A DNA stretch of 32,000 bases from Geotalea uraniireducens Rf4 (GTDB lineage: Bacteria; Desulfobacterota; Desulfuromonadia; Geobacterales; Geobacteraceae), in assembly GCF_000016745.1 (NCBI RefSeq), contig NC_009483.1:2010001-2042000 (forward strand). The letters are read 5' to 3'. The stretch's first letter is position 1, and every line of letters starts with the position of its first letter. The position numbers were made by a program, and so were the translations under genes. The notes beneath the pieces are model-generated. The model was not told the DNA's origin. It saw only the letters and a list, made by a program, of their open reading frames with translations, and searched no databases. Below, in pieces: positions 18,037 through 24,431 of this stretch.

Positions 18037-18768
18037 TCAGGGTATGGCTCCTGACCGTCGCAGTGCCGCAGCAATGCGCTCGGCCAGCTGGCGATAGCCG
18101 GCGGCATTGGGGTGTATGGGGTCGGACTTCAGGGGATTGTCCGCAAGAATGCGCTTTAGCGACTTTTCATCCAGGGGGATGCCTGCATCGCGGGCAATCC
18201 GCTCGTACAGAGAAGGAACCTCCAGGCCGAAACCGAGCCTGGGGATACCGACCAGAAGCACACCACATCCACGCTCCTGCGCAGTCCTGACCATCTCCCG
18301 CAGGTTTGCCTCCGTCGTCGCCTCATCCAGGTGGCGAAGAAAATCGTTCCCGCCGAGGCAGATAATAACGAGGGCCGGACGATGCTCATCCAGAAGCGCC
18401 GGCAGCCGTGCTTTCCCTTCGTCGGTACCCTCTCCCGATACGCCCGCATTCACCACCCGTTTCCCGATCAACTGCTCCAGCACGGCAGGATAGCTCTCCT
18501 CCGGTCGGGCGCCTGAACCGTAAGTGATGCTGTCGCCGAAGGCCAGCACCACGGCGTCGGTCGGGAGCGGCGCCAGTTCCGGCGAACGGTGGCAGGCTGA
18601 GAGGAAGAGGAAGAGGAAGAGGAAGAGGAAGAGGAAGAGGAAGAGGAAGAGGAAGAGGAAGAGGAAGAGGAAGAGGAAGAGGAAGAGGAAGAGGAAGAGG
18701 AAGAGGAAGAGGAAGAGGAGACCCAGGCAGGCGGATCGAAGGATCTTGGGAATCGCGGGATGCATCAT
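18037..18768 (-). CDS. SGNH/GDSL arylesterase (TesA-like lipase/thioesterase) with an expanded lipoprotein-type signal peptide
   Basis: The SGNH blocks are FGDSITYG, NAGVSGE, LGGND and DPIHPN. The N-terminus is MMHPAIPKILRSAC, then (LF)n, then LSAC. Confidence 0.88.
   Translation of the reverse strand: MMHPAIPKILRSACLGLLFLFLFLFLFLFLFLFLFLFLFLFLFLFLFLFLFLFLFLSACHRSPELAPLPTDAVVLAFGDSITYGSGARPEESYPAVLEQLIGKRVVNAGVSGEGTDEGKARLPALLDEHRPALVIICLGGNDFLRHLDEATTEANLREMVRTAQERGCGVLLVGIPRLGFGLEVPSLYERIARDAGIPLDEKSLKRILADNPLKSDPIHPNAAGYRQLAERIAAALRRSGAIP
18601..18720. repeat. hexanucleotide microsatellite (GAGGAA)19 plus GAGGAG, in frame inside the esterase signal peptide
   Basis: There are 120 nt of uninterrupted 6-nt periodicity. 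The minus strand reads (TTCCTC)n, which encodes (Phe-Leu)n. All three frames on both strands are open here, producing shadow (PL)n and (KR)n ORFs. Confidence 0.97.
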
Positions 18769-18845
18769 TTTTCCTCTTCCCGAGCAACAGGTATTGATAA
18801 AAAAGGGTCGTACCTAACGTTTCAACCTATAAAAAGCATTGTAAC

Positions 18846-18962
18846 CACGAATTTGCACGAATATAAAAGCTCTTGTGATGCAAAAGGCACTTACCAGATC
18901 GGTGACTTCTCAATATTTAACAAGGGGTTAAAAACATTCGTGTTTATTCGTGTCATTCGTGG
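18846..18962. repeat. phased-heptamer element: 2 x CACGAAT, a 73-bp core, then 3 x ATTCGTG
   Basis: cacgaat occurs at 18846 and 18856 (10-nt spacing). The inverted attcgtg occurs at 18936, 18946 and 18955. The architecture matches the element at 31564-31669. Confidence 0.8.
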
Positions 18963-19006
18963 CTAACTGCCGTTTTGGGTTCGATGTTCCGCACTACTCG
19001 GCAAAT

Positions 19007-20566
19007 CTATGCAACGATCCCCGTCCTCTCTGTCTCCCTGCCGCGGTTATAGTAGTGGAGAGCGACCAGCAGCAGTGCGGCTATCAGATAGGCAAGCGCA
19101 TACGCTTTGGCTGCGCCGAAACCGAACCTGTTCCGGATGCCTGTCGGGGTGAGGACATAAGCATGAATAACTCCGAAAAAGGAGAGCACAGCCGCGGCTG
19201 TTGTCCATATTGCAGCCTTGAAGAATTGCCTCTCGACCACAAACACCATGATTGCCGACAGAATCATGCATGTGAGCATGAACCCCTGGCTCATGGAGAT
19301 GATGCCGTACACGTAGAGGTCGCCGCCAAATTTCGGTGCCACATCGTACAGACTTGCGCCTGCCTTGCGCAGTGTCGTTTCAACGAGCAAAAGCGCCCAG
19401 GCCGCGAGTGCCGGCATCAGTCCGATCGCCACCGCGACACTGTGTTTCTTCGGCACCTCCTGGAACGCCTGGGCCGTGATTATGATCCCGATCCAGAGCA
19501 GAATGCCGATCATGGCTTCCATCGGCACAACCTTGAGAACCAGGGTTACTCCTCCGATCAGGCAGAGGGCTGAAATCACGACGCCGTTAAGTATGGAGTA
19601 ACCCCATCTGGCTCCCATGGCCTTCCAGCCCGGATGCCCTATGTAAATCGTGGTCGGGAATGGATTTCCCAGGCATGCCGCCACAATCGATGCGAACCCG
19701 TTGACCAGCAGGGACGATTTCGTATCGTACCGGTCGCCTGCAGCTTCCGCACTCTCAAGGTTCTGGAGTGAGCCGATCACATTGAACAGCGCCATGGGGA
19801 ATATGACGGAAAAGTACTTCCACCCCTGACCATTTGTGAGGAAAGCGAGCATGTCGGAAAAAGCGGGCTTGGGAACGTGGACGGCAAACAGGTACGGCTC
19901 CTGAAGTGGTTGAAAAAAAGGATATCCGGCCAGCCTGAGAATCCATCCCATGGCCACCCCCAGCGCCACGGCGATGAATCCGCCCGGAAGGCCCAACGGC
20001 AGTTTGATCTGTCCGCCATAAACGAAGATCACAAACAGTGCAGGCACTACCGCAATAGCCGGCATGGCGAAGATCTGGAAGACGAACCCCATGGAGATGA
20101 AGGTGATGGCAATGCCGGCCAGCGACGACAGCAGCGCGGCCCGGGGAGTATGCCTGCGGAGCCAGTCGCCGACAAAGGCCCCGACGCACTCCAGAACCGC
20201 ACTGGCGAGGCATGCGAACAGACCGGCCTGCCAGGCAAGGTTCGGATCTTTCGTTTCGAAATATATCGGGGCAATGATCAGGAAAACAAAGGCGATGAGA
20301 CTGACGGTGTTGATGCCGTAAGGCAAGGCGGTGACATCCGTCCGACCCGTCCTGATGGCCAGCTTTCTTGCCTGCCATGCGTAAAACAGGTTGCCGAACA
20401 GGATAGAAAGGGCCGCCCCGGGAAGTATCCTGCCGAAAACAAGATCCGGCGGCATGCCGCATACGTTACCGCAAAGGACCGCGATCAACATCAGCTGCAA
20501 CAGATTGTCGACGAACAGCCCGAAGAAACCGTCAATATCTCCGCGAACAAACCATCCGACTTTCAT
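19007..20566 (-). CDS. NCS2/AzgA-family purine (adenine/guanine/hypoxanthine) permease
   Basis: This is a 519-aa polytopic membrane protein. It has the AzgA-like N-terminus FVRGDIDGFFGLFVDNLLQL and the motifs LPYGINT, FNVIGSLQNLESAEAAGD and YIGHPGWKAMGAR. Confidence 0.85.
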   Translation of the reverse strand: MKVGWFVRGDIDGFFGLFVDNLLQLMLIAVLCGNVCGMPPDLVFGRILPGAALSILFGNLFYAWQARKLAIRTGRTDVTALPYGINTVSLIAFVFLIIAPIYFETKDPNLAWQAGLFACLASAVLECVGAFVGDWLRRHTPRAALLSSLAGIAITFISMGFVFQIFAMPAIAVVPALFVIFVYGGQIKLPLGLPGGFIAVALGVAMGWILRLAGYPFFQPLQEPYLFAVHVPKPAFSDMLAFLTNGQGWKYFSVIFPMALFNVIGSLQNLESAEAAGDRYDTKSSLLVNGFASIVAACLGNPFPTTIYIGHPGWKAMGARWGYSILNGVVISALCLIGGVTLVLKVVPMEAMIGILLWIGIIITAQAFQEVPKKHSVAVAIGLMPALAAWALLLVETTLRKAGASLYDVAPKFGGDLYVYGIISMSQGFMLTCMILSAIMVFVVERQFFKAAIWTTAAAVLSFFGVIHAYVLTPTGIRNRFGFGAAKAYALAYLIAALLLVALHYYNRGRETERTGIVA

Positions 20567-20772
20567 AGAGTAAGTTTCCTTTTTCCCTCTTTCGATTTAA
20601 ACGCTAGGCTGACCGGCTTGACCGGTAGTGCCGTCTTGTTGGCGCTCGCCGTTCCTCAACTCGTCTTGGCTCTCTCGGCCTTTATATCCATTTCCGTCGG
20701 CTTGATCCGCTTTCACAATCTTTCATGATCTTCCGAGGGCTTAGCATACTTAGATTGGGGGAGCTTTCCGCA

Positions 20773-20926
20773 TTATCAAGTTATCAAGTCCTGACCCCAC
20801 TGCCTGCCCTGACCCCACTGCCTGCCCCTGACCCCACTGCCTGCCCCACTGCCTGCCCTTGACCCCACTGCCTGCCCTGACCCCACTGCCTGCCTAAGTT
20901 ATCAAGTCCTGACCCCACTGCCTGCC
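20773..20926. repeat. tandem array of an 18-19-nt unit (ctgaccccactgcctgcc), six full copies plus one partial, framed by ttatcaag motifs
   Basis: Unit copies lie at 20791-20808, 20809-20827, 20828-20845, 20846-20859 (partial), 20860-20876, 20877-20894 and 20909-20926. The 31-nt block aagttatcaagtc plus one unit occurs twice (20778-20808 and 20896-20926). Confidence 0.92.
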
Positions 20927-21115
20927 TCCTGACTCCTATAAATCGCATGTTCTCCATTACCCGTCGTAATATGCTTCTACACTCTAAACCTCTCCACCAT
21001 CTCCTTCACCACCAGCTTCATCCCCGATTAATCTCGGACCGAGATAACAATTATGAACAATGAAAATGACGGCTCAAATCCATAATTCAGAAGTCATCAG
21101 ATTTATCCCGACCTT

Positions 21116-21310
21116 TCAGCTCGTGTATCCCCGACCGGCCTGCATTTTAATCCCGTGAAATTCGACGGGATTAAAATCTATGTTGTTGAGCTGCTCCCAG
21201 ATGCCGAAAAATTCGATTGTATTGCGGTTCCGCAGCCAGTTCCTGATCAGATCGTCGGAGCCCCACCTTTGTACACCCGCCCCCACCAAGGTGTCAAACA
21301 GAATTAACAC
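21116..21310 (-). pseudogene. internal fragment of a KilA-N-type DNA-binding protein gene
   Basis: SDDLIRNWLRNRNTIEFFGIWEQLNNIDFNPVEFHGIKMQAG matches the conserved core I associate with KilA-N domain proteins of about 270 aa. This ORF is only 64 aa, ends abruptly (RGYTS*) and lacks the family N- and C-terminal regions. Confidence 0.45.
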
Positions 21311-21369
21311 ATTTTTAATGGTAAAAGGATTGTGGTCATCTCAACCGACAGCGACGCCACCGCATCCGG

Positions 21370-21503
21370 CGATTATTCTGCTACACTTTCAGGGAAGGAA
21401 GACTCAGCAACTGGGGGAAACCATGGGTGATGTGCGTGAAACTGCGACGCTGGCAGCAGGCTGCTTCTGGTGCGTGGAGGCGCTCTTCAAGAGGCTTGAG
21501 GGG
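21370..21503 (+). repeat. truncated duplicate of the msrA upstream region plus the first 27 codons (copy 1)
   Basis: 126 of 134 nt are identical to 22446-22579. The ATG at 21423 encodes MGDVRETATLAAGCFWCVEALFKRLEG, after which homology stops (IITRI*). Confidence 0.9.
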
Positions 21504-21507
21504 ATAA

Positions 21508-21846
21508 TTACGAGGATTTAACATGGTGAGGGGCTGCATATAATTCTTTTCCCGTGGTCAATATTTCGCGCAGAAAGAAATCGTTCAAGGCCAGCCTCTC
21601 CTTGATCTGACGGGATGAACGGACAACGAGTTCAACCGGCAGGGTAGGCTTCAGGCGAGTGATGATGTCGGCAGCAACCCGCACACCCGAAACATCCTCA
21701 TGCATGACCACCAGCAGGTCTACATCTGATTCAGCCCTGGCGCTGCCTGTAGCATACGAGCCAAACAGGATCACCTTTTCTGGCAAAAACTCTCTGGCCA
21801 CATCGGCCACAAATTTTTGTATGTCCGTAAACGCTACGATACCCAT
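21508..21846 (-). CDS. nucleotidyltransferase-domain protein (MNT-type antitoxin-like), with no adjacent HEPN partner
   Basis: The minimal NTase signature is LFGSYATGSARAESDVDLLVV, and the tail LREILTTGKELY is typical of MNT proteins. The RBS AGGAGAA precedes ATG 21846. Confidence 0.82.
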   Translation of the reverse strand: MGIVAFTDIQKFVADVAREFLPEKVILFGSYATGSARAESDVDLLVVMHEDVSGVRVAADIITRLKPTLPVELVVRSSRQIKERLALNDFFLREILTTGKELYAAPHHVKSS

Positions 21847-21949
21847 ATCGATTCTCCTGACACGCTCTCCTCATGCTGACGCGGCACATTTATCCCGCCG
21901 CGGGTCGTCCATTCGCACCTTGTTTAAACGACGAAACCAATCAGCGCTC

Positions 21950-21977
21950 ATTTTACTAGGAAATATCCCGCGGTCAA
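21950..21977 (-). promoter_or_regulatory. candidate sigma70 promoter for the MNT gene
   Basis: On the minus strand, TTGACC (21977-21972) is followed by a 16-nt spacer and TAAAAT (21955-21950), about 100 nt upstream of ATG 21846. Confidence 0.45.
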
Positions 21978-22122
21978 GCAAAAACCCCCGTCCAGATTGC
22001 CCGGAGCGGAGAGGCACAGCCGATTCCGGTTAAATGAACGCAGTGCAAACTCACTGTATTCTCCGAATAGTCTTCTCCGTCTGCTCCCCCACCAACTGCA
22101 TCAAGCGATATAATGCATCGCA

Positions 22123-22193
22123 TTAGCACAAAATATATGATCGTATATAATTGCCACCCAGAATAAAAATTTGAGGCAAAATATATACGATCA
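22123..22193 (+). promoter_or_regulatory. candidate promoter with an overlapping 12-bp inverted repeat (operator-like), pointing toward the long palindrome and msrA
   Basis: TTAGCA at 22123-22128, a 17-nt spacer, then a perfect TATAAT at 22146-22151. The inverted repeat tgatcgtatata (22138-22149) / tatatacgatca (22182-22193) overlaps the -10 element. This is the most AT-rich patch of the window. Confidence 0.4.
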
Positions 22194-22273
22194 AATACAT
22201 GCAGGATTTAATCAGGAGCAAGGAACAGCCCTATGCGCCTTGGTGTCGGCCCCGTGCGCGGCAAGGTCGGTAA

Positions 22274-22442
22274 CTAGGAGCCAGTCGGACTTAGGGAATC
22301 GTAACGAGAGAATGGCAAATCGAGGACAGATTATCGGAAATTTGAGAGCGAATAGTGGACCTATTTGTCGAAAATTTCCGGGAATATGGACCGATTTTCC
22401 GTTCTCGCAGTAGATTCATTCCTAAGTCCGACAGGCTCCTAG
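22274..22442. repeat. about 170-nt imperfect palindrome (long hairpin)
   Basis: The outer arms are 22274-22295 (ctaggagccagtcggacttagg) and 22421-22442, whose reverse complement is ctaggagcctgtcggacttagg (21 of 22 match). Weaker complementarity continues inward (gaatc, gagaa, aaatcg, ggaaattt) to a centre near 22358. The element ends 3 nt before msrA repeat copy 2. Confidence 0.85.
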
Positions 22443-22445
22443 AGA

Positions 22446-22579
22446 CGATTTTTCTGCTACACTTTCATGGAAGGTAGACTCAGCAACAGGGGGAGATCAT
22501 GGGTGATGTGCGTGAAACTGCGACGCTGGCAGCAGGTTGTTTCTGGTGCGTGGAGGCGCTCTTCAAGAGGCTTGAGGGG
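22446..22579 (+). repeat. msrA upstream region plus the first 27 codons (copy 2, part of the intact gene)
   Basis: This is the partner of 21370-21503. There are 8 mismatches: 6 in the 53-nt upstream part and 2 in the coding part. Both coding changes are synonymous (GGC/GGT and TGC/TGT). Confidence 0.9.
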
Positions 22580-23047
22580 GTGGAGCGGGTGGCCTCCGGC
22601 TATGCCGGAGGGGAGGTGGCAAACCCCACATATGAGGAGGTGTGCAGCGGCACGACCGGCCATGCGGAGGCGATCCAGATCACCTTCGACCCGGAGGTTA
22701 TCTCCTTCGAGGAACTCCTTCAGGTGTTCTGGCGAAGCCACGACCCGACCACCAGGGACCGCCAGGGGGCGGACGTGGGGAGTCAGTACCGCTCGGCCAT
22801 CTTCTGCCACGACGAGCGCCAGCGGCAGCTGGCGGAGCGCTCCAGGGCCGAGGCCGAAACGCTCTGGATAGAGCCGATCGTTACGGAGATCGTTCCGTTC
22901 AAGAACTTTTACCCGGCCGAGGGGTACCACCAGGATTACTACCGGCTGAACCGCAACCAGCCCTATTGCCGGCTGGTGATCGACCCCAAGATCCAAAAAC
23001 TGCAAAAGGATTTCTCCGAGAGGTTTAAGGAGACACCGGGGGATTAA
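22499..23047 (+). CDS. msrA: peptide-methionine (S)-S-oxide reductase
   Basis: The active site is GCFWCVE, and GYAGG, YEEVCSGTTGHAE, DPTTRDRQGADVGSQYRS and GYHQDYY are present. The RBS GGGGGAG precedes the ATG. Confidence 0.95.
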   Translation: MGDVRETATLAAGCFWCVEALFKRLEGVERVASGYAGGEVANPTYEEVCSGTTGHAEAIQITFDPEVISFEELLQVFWRSHDPTTRDRQGADVGSQYRSAIFCHDERQRQLAERSRAEAETLWIEPIVTEIVPFKNFYPAEGYHQDYYRLNRNQPYCRLVIDPKIQKLQKDFSERFKETPGD

Positions 23048-23154
23048 AAAATCCGTCTCAGGCAGGGGAAAAACGGAGCGGTTTGTGGGGAAGGGGCTAG
23101 CGAAGTTGTCGGAAAAAGGTATCGACATTCATGTAAATACTGCCATGTTTTGTG

Positions 23155-23182
23155 TTGACGTTCAGCACAAAAAATGTATCAT
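23155..23182 (+). promoter_or_regulatory. candidate sigma70 promoter for vapBC
   Basis: TTGACG at 23155-23160, a 16-nt spacer, then TATCAT at 23177-23182, 32 nt upstream of ATG 23214. Confidence 0.45.
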
Positions 23183-23213
23183 GATTTGTGTAATCCATTC
23201 ACGGAGGTCCATT

Positions 23214-23423
23214 ATGGCACGCGCAACCGTTACCCTTCCACAGGACCTGCTGACCGAACTGATGTCTCTGGTGGGCGCCAGAAGCAAGACCGAGGCGGTC
23301 ATCACCGCAGTCAAGGACGAGATCCGCCTGCGCAAGGTGGCACGCATCAAGGCCATGGCCGGACAGATGGAGTTCACCGCCGAAGCGGACGATCTGCGTC
23401 ACGGAGACCGCCGCCTTGGCTAG
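23214..23423 (+). CDS. vapB: type II antitoxin, VapB-like (short ribbon-type DNA-binding protein)
   Basis: The 69-aa protein starts MARATVTLPQDLLTELMSLVGARSKTEAVITAVKDEI. GGAGG lies 6 nt before ATG 23214. The gene overlaps the downstream PIN gene by 8 nt. The ORF track start at 23085 is unlikely because it covers the promoter. Confidence 0.78.
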   Translation: MARATVTLPQDLLTELMSLVGARSKTEAVITAVKDEIRLRKVARIKAMAGQMEFTAEADDLRHGDRRLG

Positions 23424-23811
23424 GGTTCTGGTGGATACCTCGCTCTGGATCGAGTTCTTCCGCAAGCACGAGCCGTATCACGGTATCGTGACGCGGCTTA
23501 TCGACGACGAGCAAGTCTGCTGCACCGGCACCATCCTTGCGGAACTTATGCAGGGGGCGAAATCGGACAAGGAGCTTGCCGTGCTCGGCGACTTTCTCCA
23601 GGTCTTCGAGTTCATTCCCGAGACCGCGGAACTGTGGGCCGAAGCCGGACGACTCTCTTTCAACCTCCGTCGCAAGGGGCTGACTACCGGCCTTGCCGAT
23701 TGTTTCATCGCCGTGGCGGCCTCTCTCGCCCGCGTTCCCCTGGCAACACTCGATGGTCATTTCGAAGTACTCAAGAAACCGGCAAAGATTTCCCTCTATC
23801 CGCTCCAGTAA
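23416..23811 (+). CDS. vapC: PIN-domain ribonuclease toxin
   Basis: The first acidic residue lies in LVDTSLWIEFF, and LAELMQG, ADCFIAV and the TLDGHF tail are typical of VapC. The start is a TTG at 23416 overlapping the vapB stop; an in-frame GTG at 23431 is an alternative. Confidence 0.88.
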   Translation: MARVLVDTSLWIEFFRKHEPYHGIVTRLIDDEQVCCTGTILAELMQGAKSDKELAVLGDFLQVFEFIPETAELWAEAGRLSFNLRRKGLTTGLADCFIAVAASLARVPLATLDGHFEVLKKPAKISLYPLQ

Positions 23812-23846
23812 ATCACAGGAACCCCGCCAGAGACGCTGTTTATTTA

Positions 23847-23942
23847 TCAACTGCCGCAGCACTTCTTGTGCTTCTTCCCGCTTCCGCACGGACAAGGATC
23901 GTTCCTCCCTACCTTCTCCACAGGAAACCTTGGGTGGCTCCC
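23847..23942 (-). pseudogene. 3'-terminal remnant encoding a SEC-C metal-binding motif
   Basis: The minus-strand frame reads ...[24 protein letters not shown]. It is bounded by an in-frame TAA at 23943-23945, so only about 31 codons remain and there is no ATG. Confidence 0.55.
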
Positions 23943-24272
23943 TTAGCTGGATACACCACGTCTGCTTGCCGGTTTTCGACGACAACGGGAAATTTATCGG
24001 CACACGCGGGAGCTTTTCGGACATTACAAAACGCAAGCAGGCCGAGGAGAAAAACCTGCGACTGGCTGCTCATGTATACCGACGGCGTTACTGAGGCGGA
24101 AAATGCCCATGGAGAATTGTTTGGCGCCGAACGGCTCGGCAGGATCGTTGCCGCTCAGTACCAGCGCCACCCACAGGAGATCATAGACGCGATCCTGGAA
24201 GGACTGGCAGCCTTCAGCGGCGCCAGGCCTCGTGACGACGATGTTGCCATGGTTGCCGTTAAAATCACGTAG
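23925..24272 (+). pseudogene. remnant of a PAS / PP2C (SpoIIE-type) phosphatase gene with an internal deletion and frameshift
   Basis: One frame gives a PAS C-terminus (LPVFDDNGKFIGTRGSFSDITKRKQAEEKNLRL). A second frame, from about 24060, gives only the extreme C-terminus of a SpoIIE/RsbU-type phosphatase (LLMYTDGVTEAENAHGELFGAERL...RPRDDDVAMVAVKIT*). The catalytic core in between is absent. Confidence 0.55.
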
Positions 24273-24391
24273 GGGAAAGAAGACTCCCCGGCCTTTGTGT
24301 CAGGCTTTGCATCAGGTGAGGCAAGAAAAAATGTCGATTGCAGCTAATGGTATGATCTTCGTGCTGCGCTGATTTCCTTGAAGGAAAGATC

Positions 24392-24419
24392 GGAGGGCCT
24401 TCCATCGAGAAGGCCCTCC
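24392..24419. terminator. perfect 11-bp stem-loop downstream of the DUF4382 gene
   Basis: The stem is ggagggccttc (24392-24402), loop catcga, gaaggccctcc (24409-24419). It begins 13 nt past the minus-strand stop (24432). The U-tract is weak. Confidence 0.55.
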
Positions 24420-24431
24420 TTGTGAGGCAGG

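Noticed and set aside
18386-18817. ORFs encoding (PL)n on the minus strand and (KR)n on the plus strand across the hexanucleotide repeat.
   Set aside because: These are frame artefacts of the GAGGAA microsatellite. Only the (LF)n frame is continuous with a start codon and the SGNH esterase domain.
20567-20760. A purine, xanthine or other riboswitch in the roughly 190-nt region upstream of the AzgA-type permease.
   Set aside because: I read the minus strand for the purine-aptamer signature (UAUAAU...GGAUAUGG...CUACCGGG...CCGUAAA...GACUA) and for ZTP and GEMM cores, and none is present. Only short GC hairpins and a direct ccggtc repeat were seen. A cmscan would settle it.
18601-20926. Possible CRISPR arrays at the two tandem-repeat loci (18601-18720 and 20791-20926).
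   Set aside because: The repeats are contiguous, with no unique spacers. Unit lengths (6 and 18-19 nt) are too short, and no cas genes are present.
21180-21521. A 113-aa plus-strand ORF.
   Set aside because: It is a chimera. Its first part is antisense to the KilA-N fragment, and its last 27 codons before a short read-through are the displaced msrA 5' copy. It has no RBS or coherent domain.
22171-22413. An 80-aa ORF spanning the long palindrome.
   Set aside because: It has no RBS, its composition is dictated by the hairpin arms, and it has no recognisable motif.
22274-22442. An integron attC site or IS200/IS605-type end as the explanation for the long palindrome.
   Set aside because: There are no RYYYAAC/GTTRRRY core sites at the arm ends, no intI or tnpA/tnpB gene in the window, and the arms are much longer than typical subterminal hairpins. 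The idea is kept only as an untested possibility.
23085-23213. An N-terminal extension of the vapB ORF (43 extra codons).
   Set aside because: The extension covers the predicted -35 and -10 elements and has no RBS. ATG 23214 has a strong GGAGG and gives the normal antitoxin length of about 70 aa.
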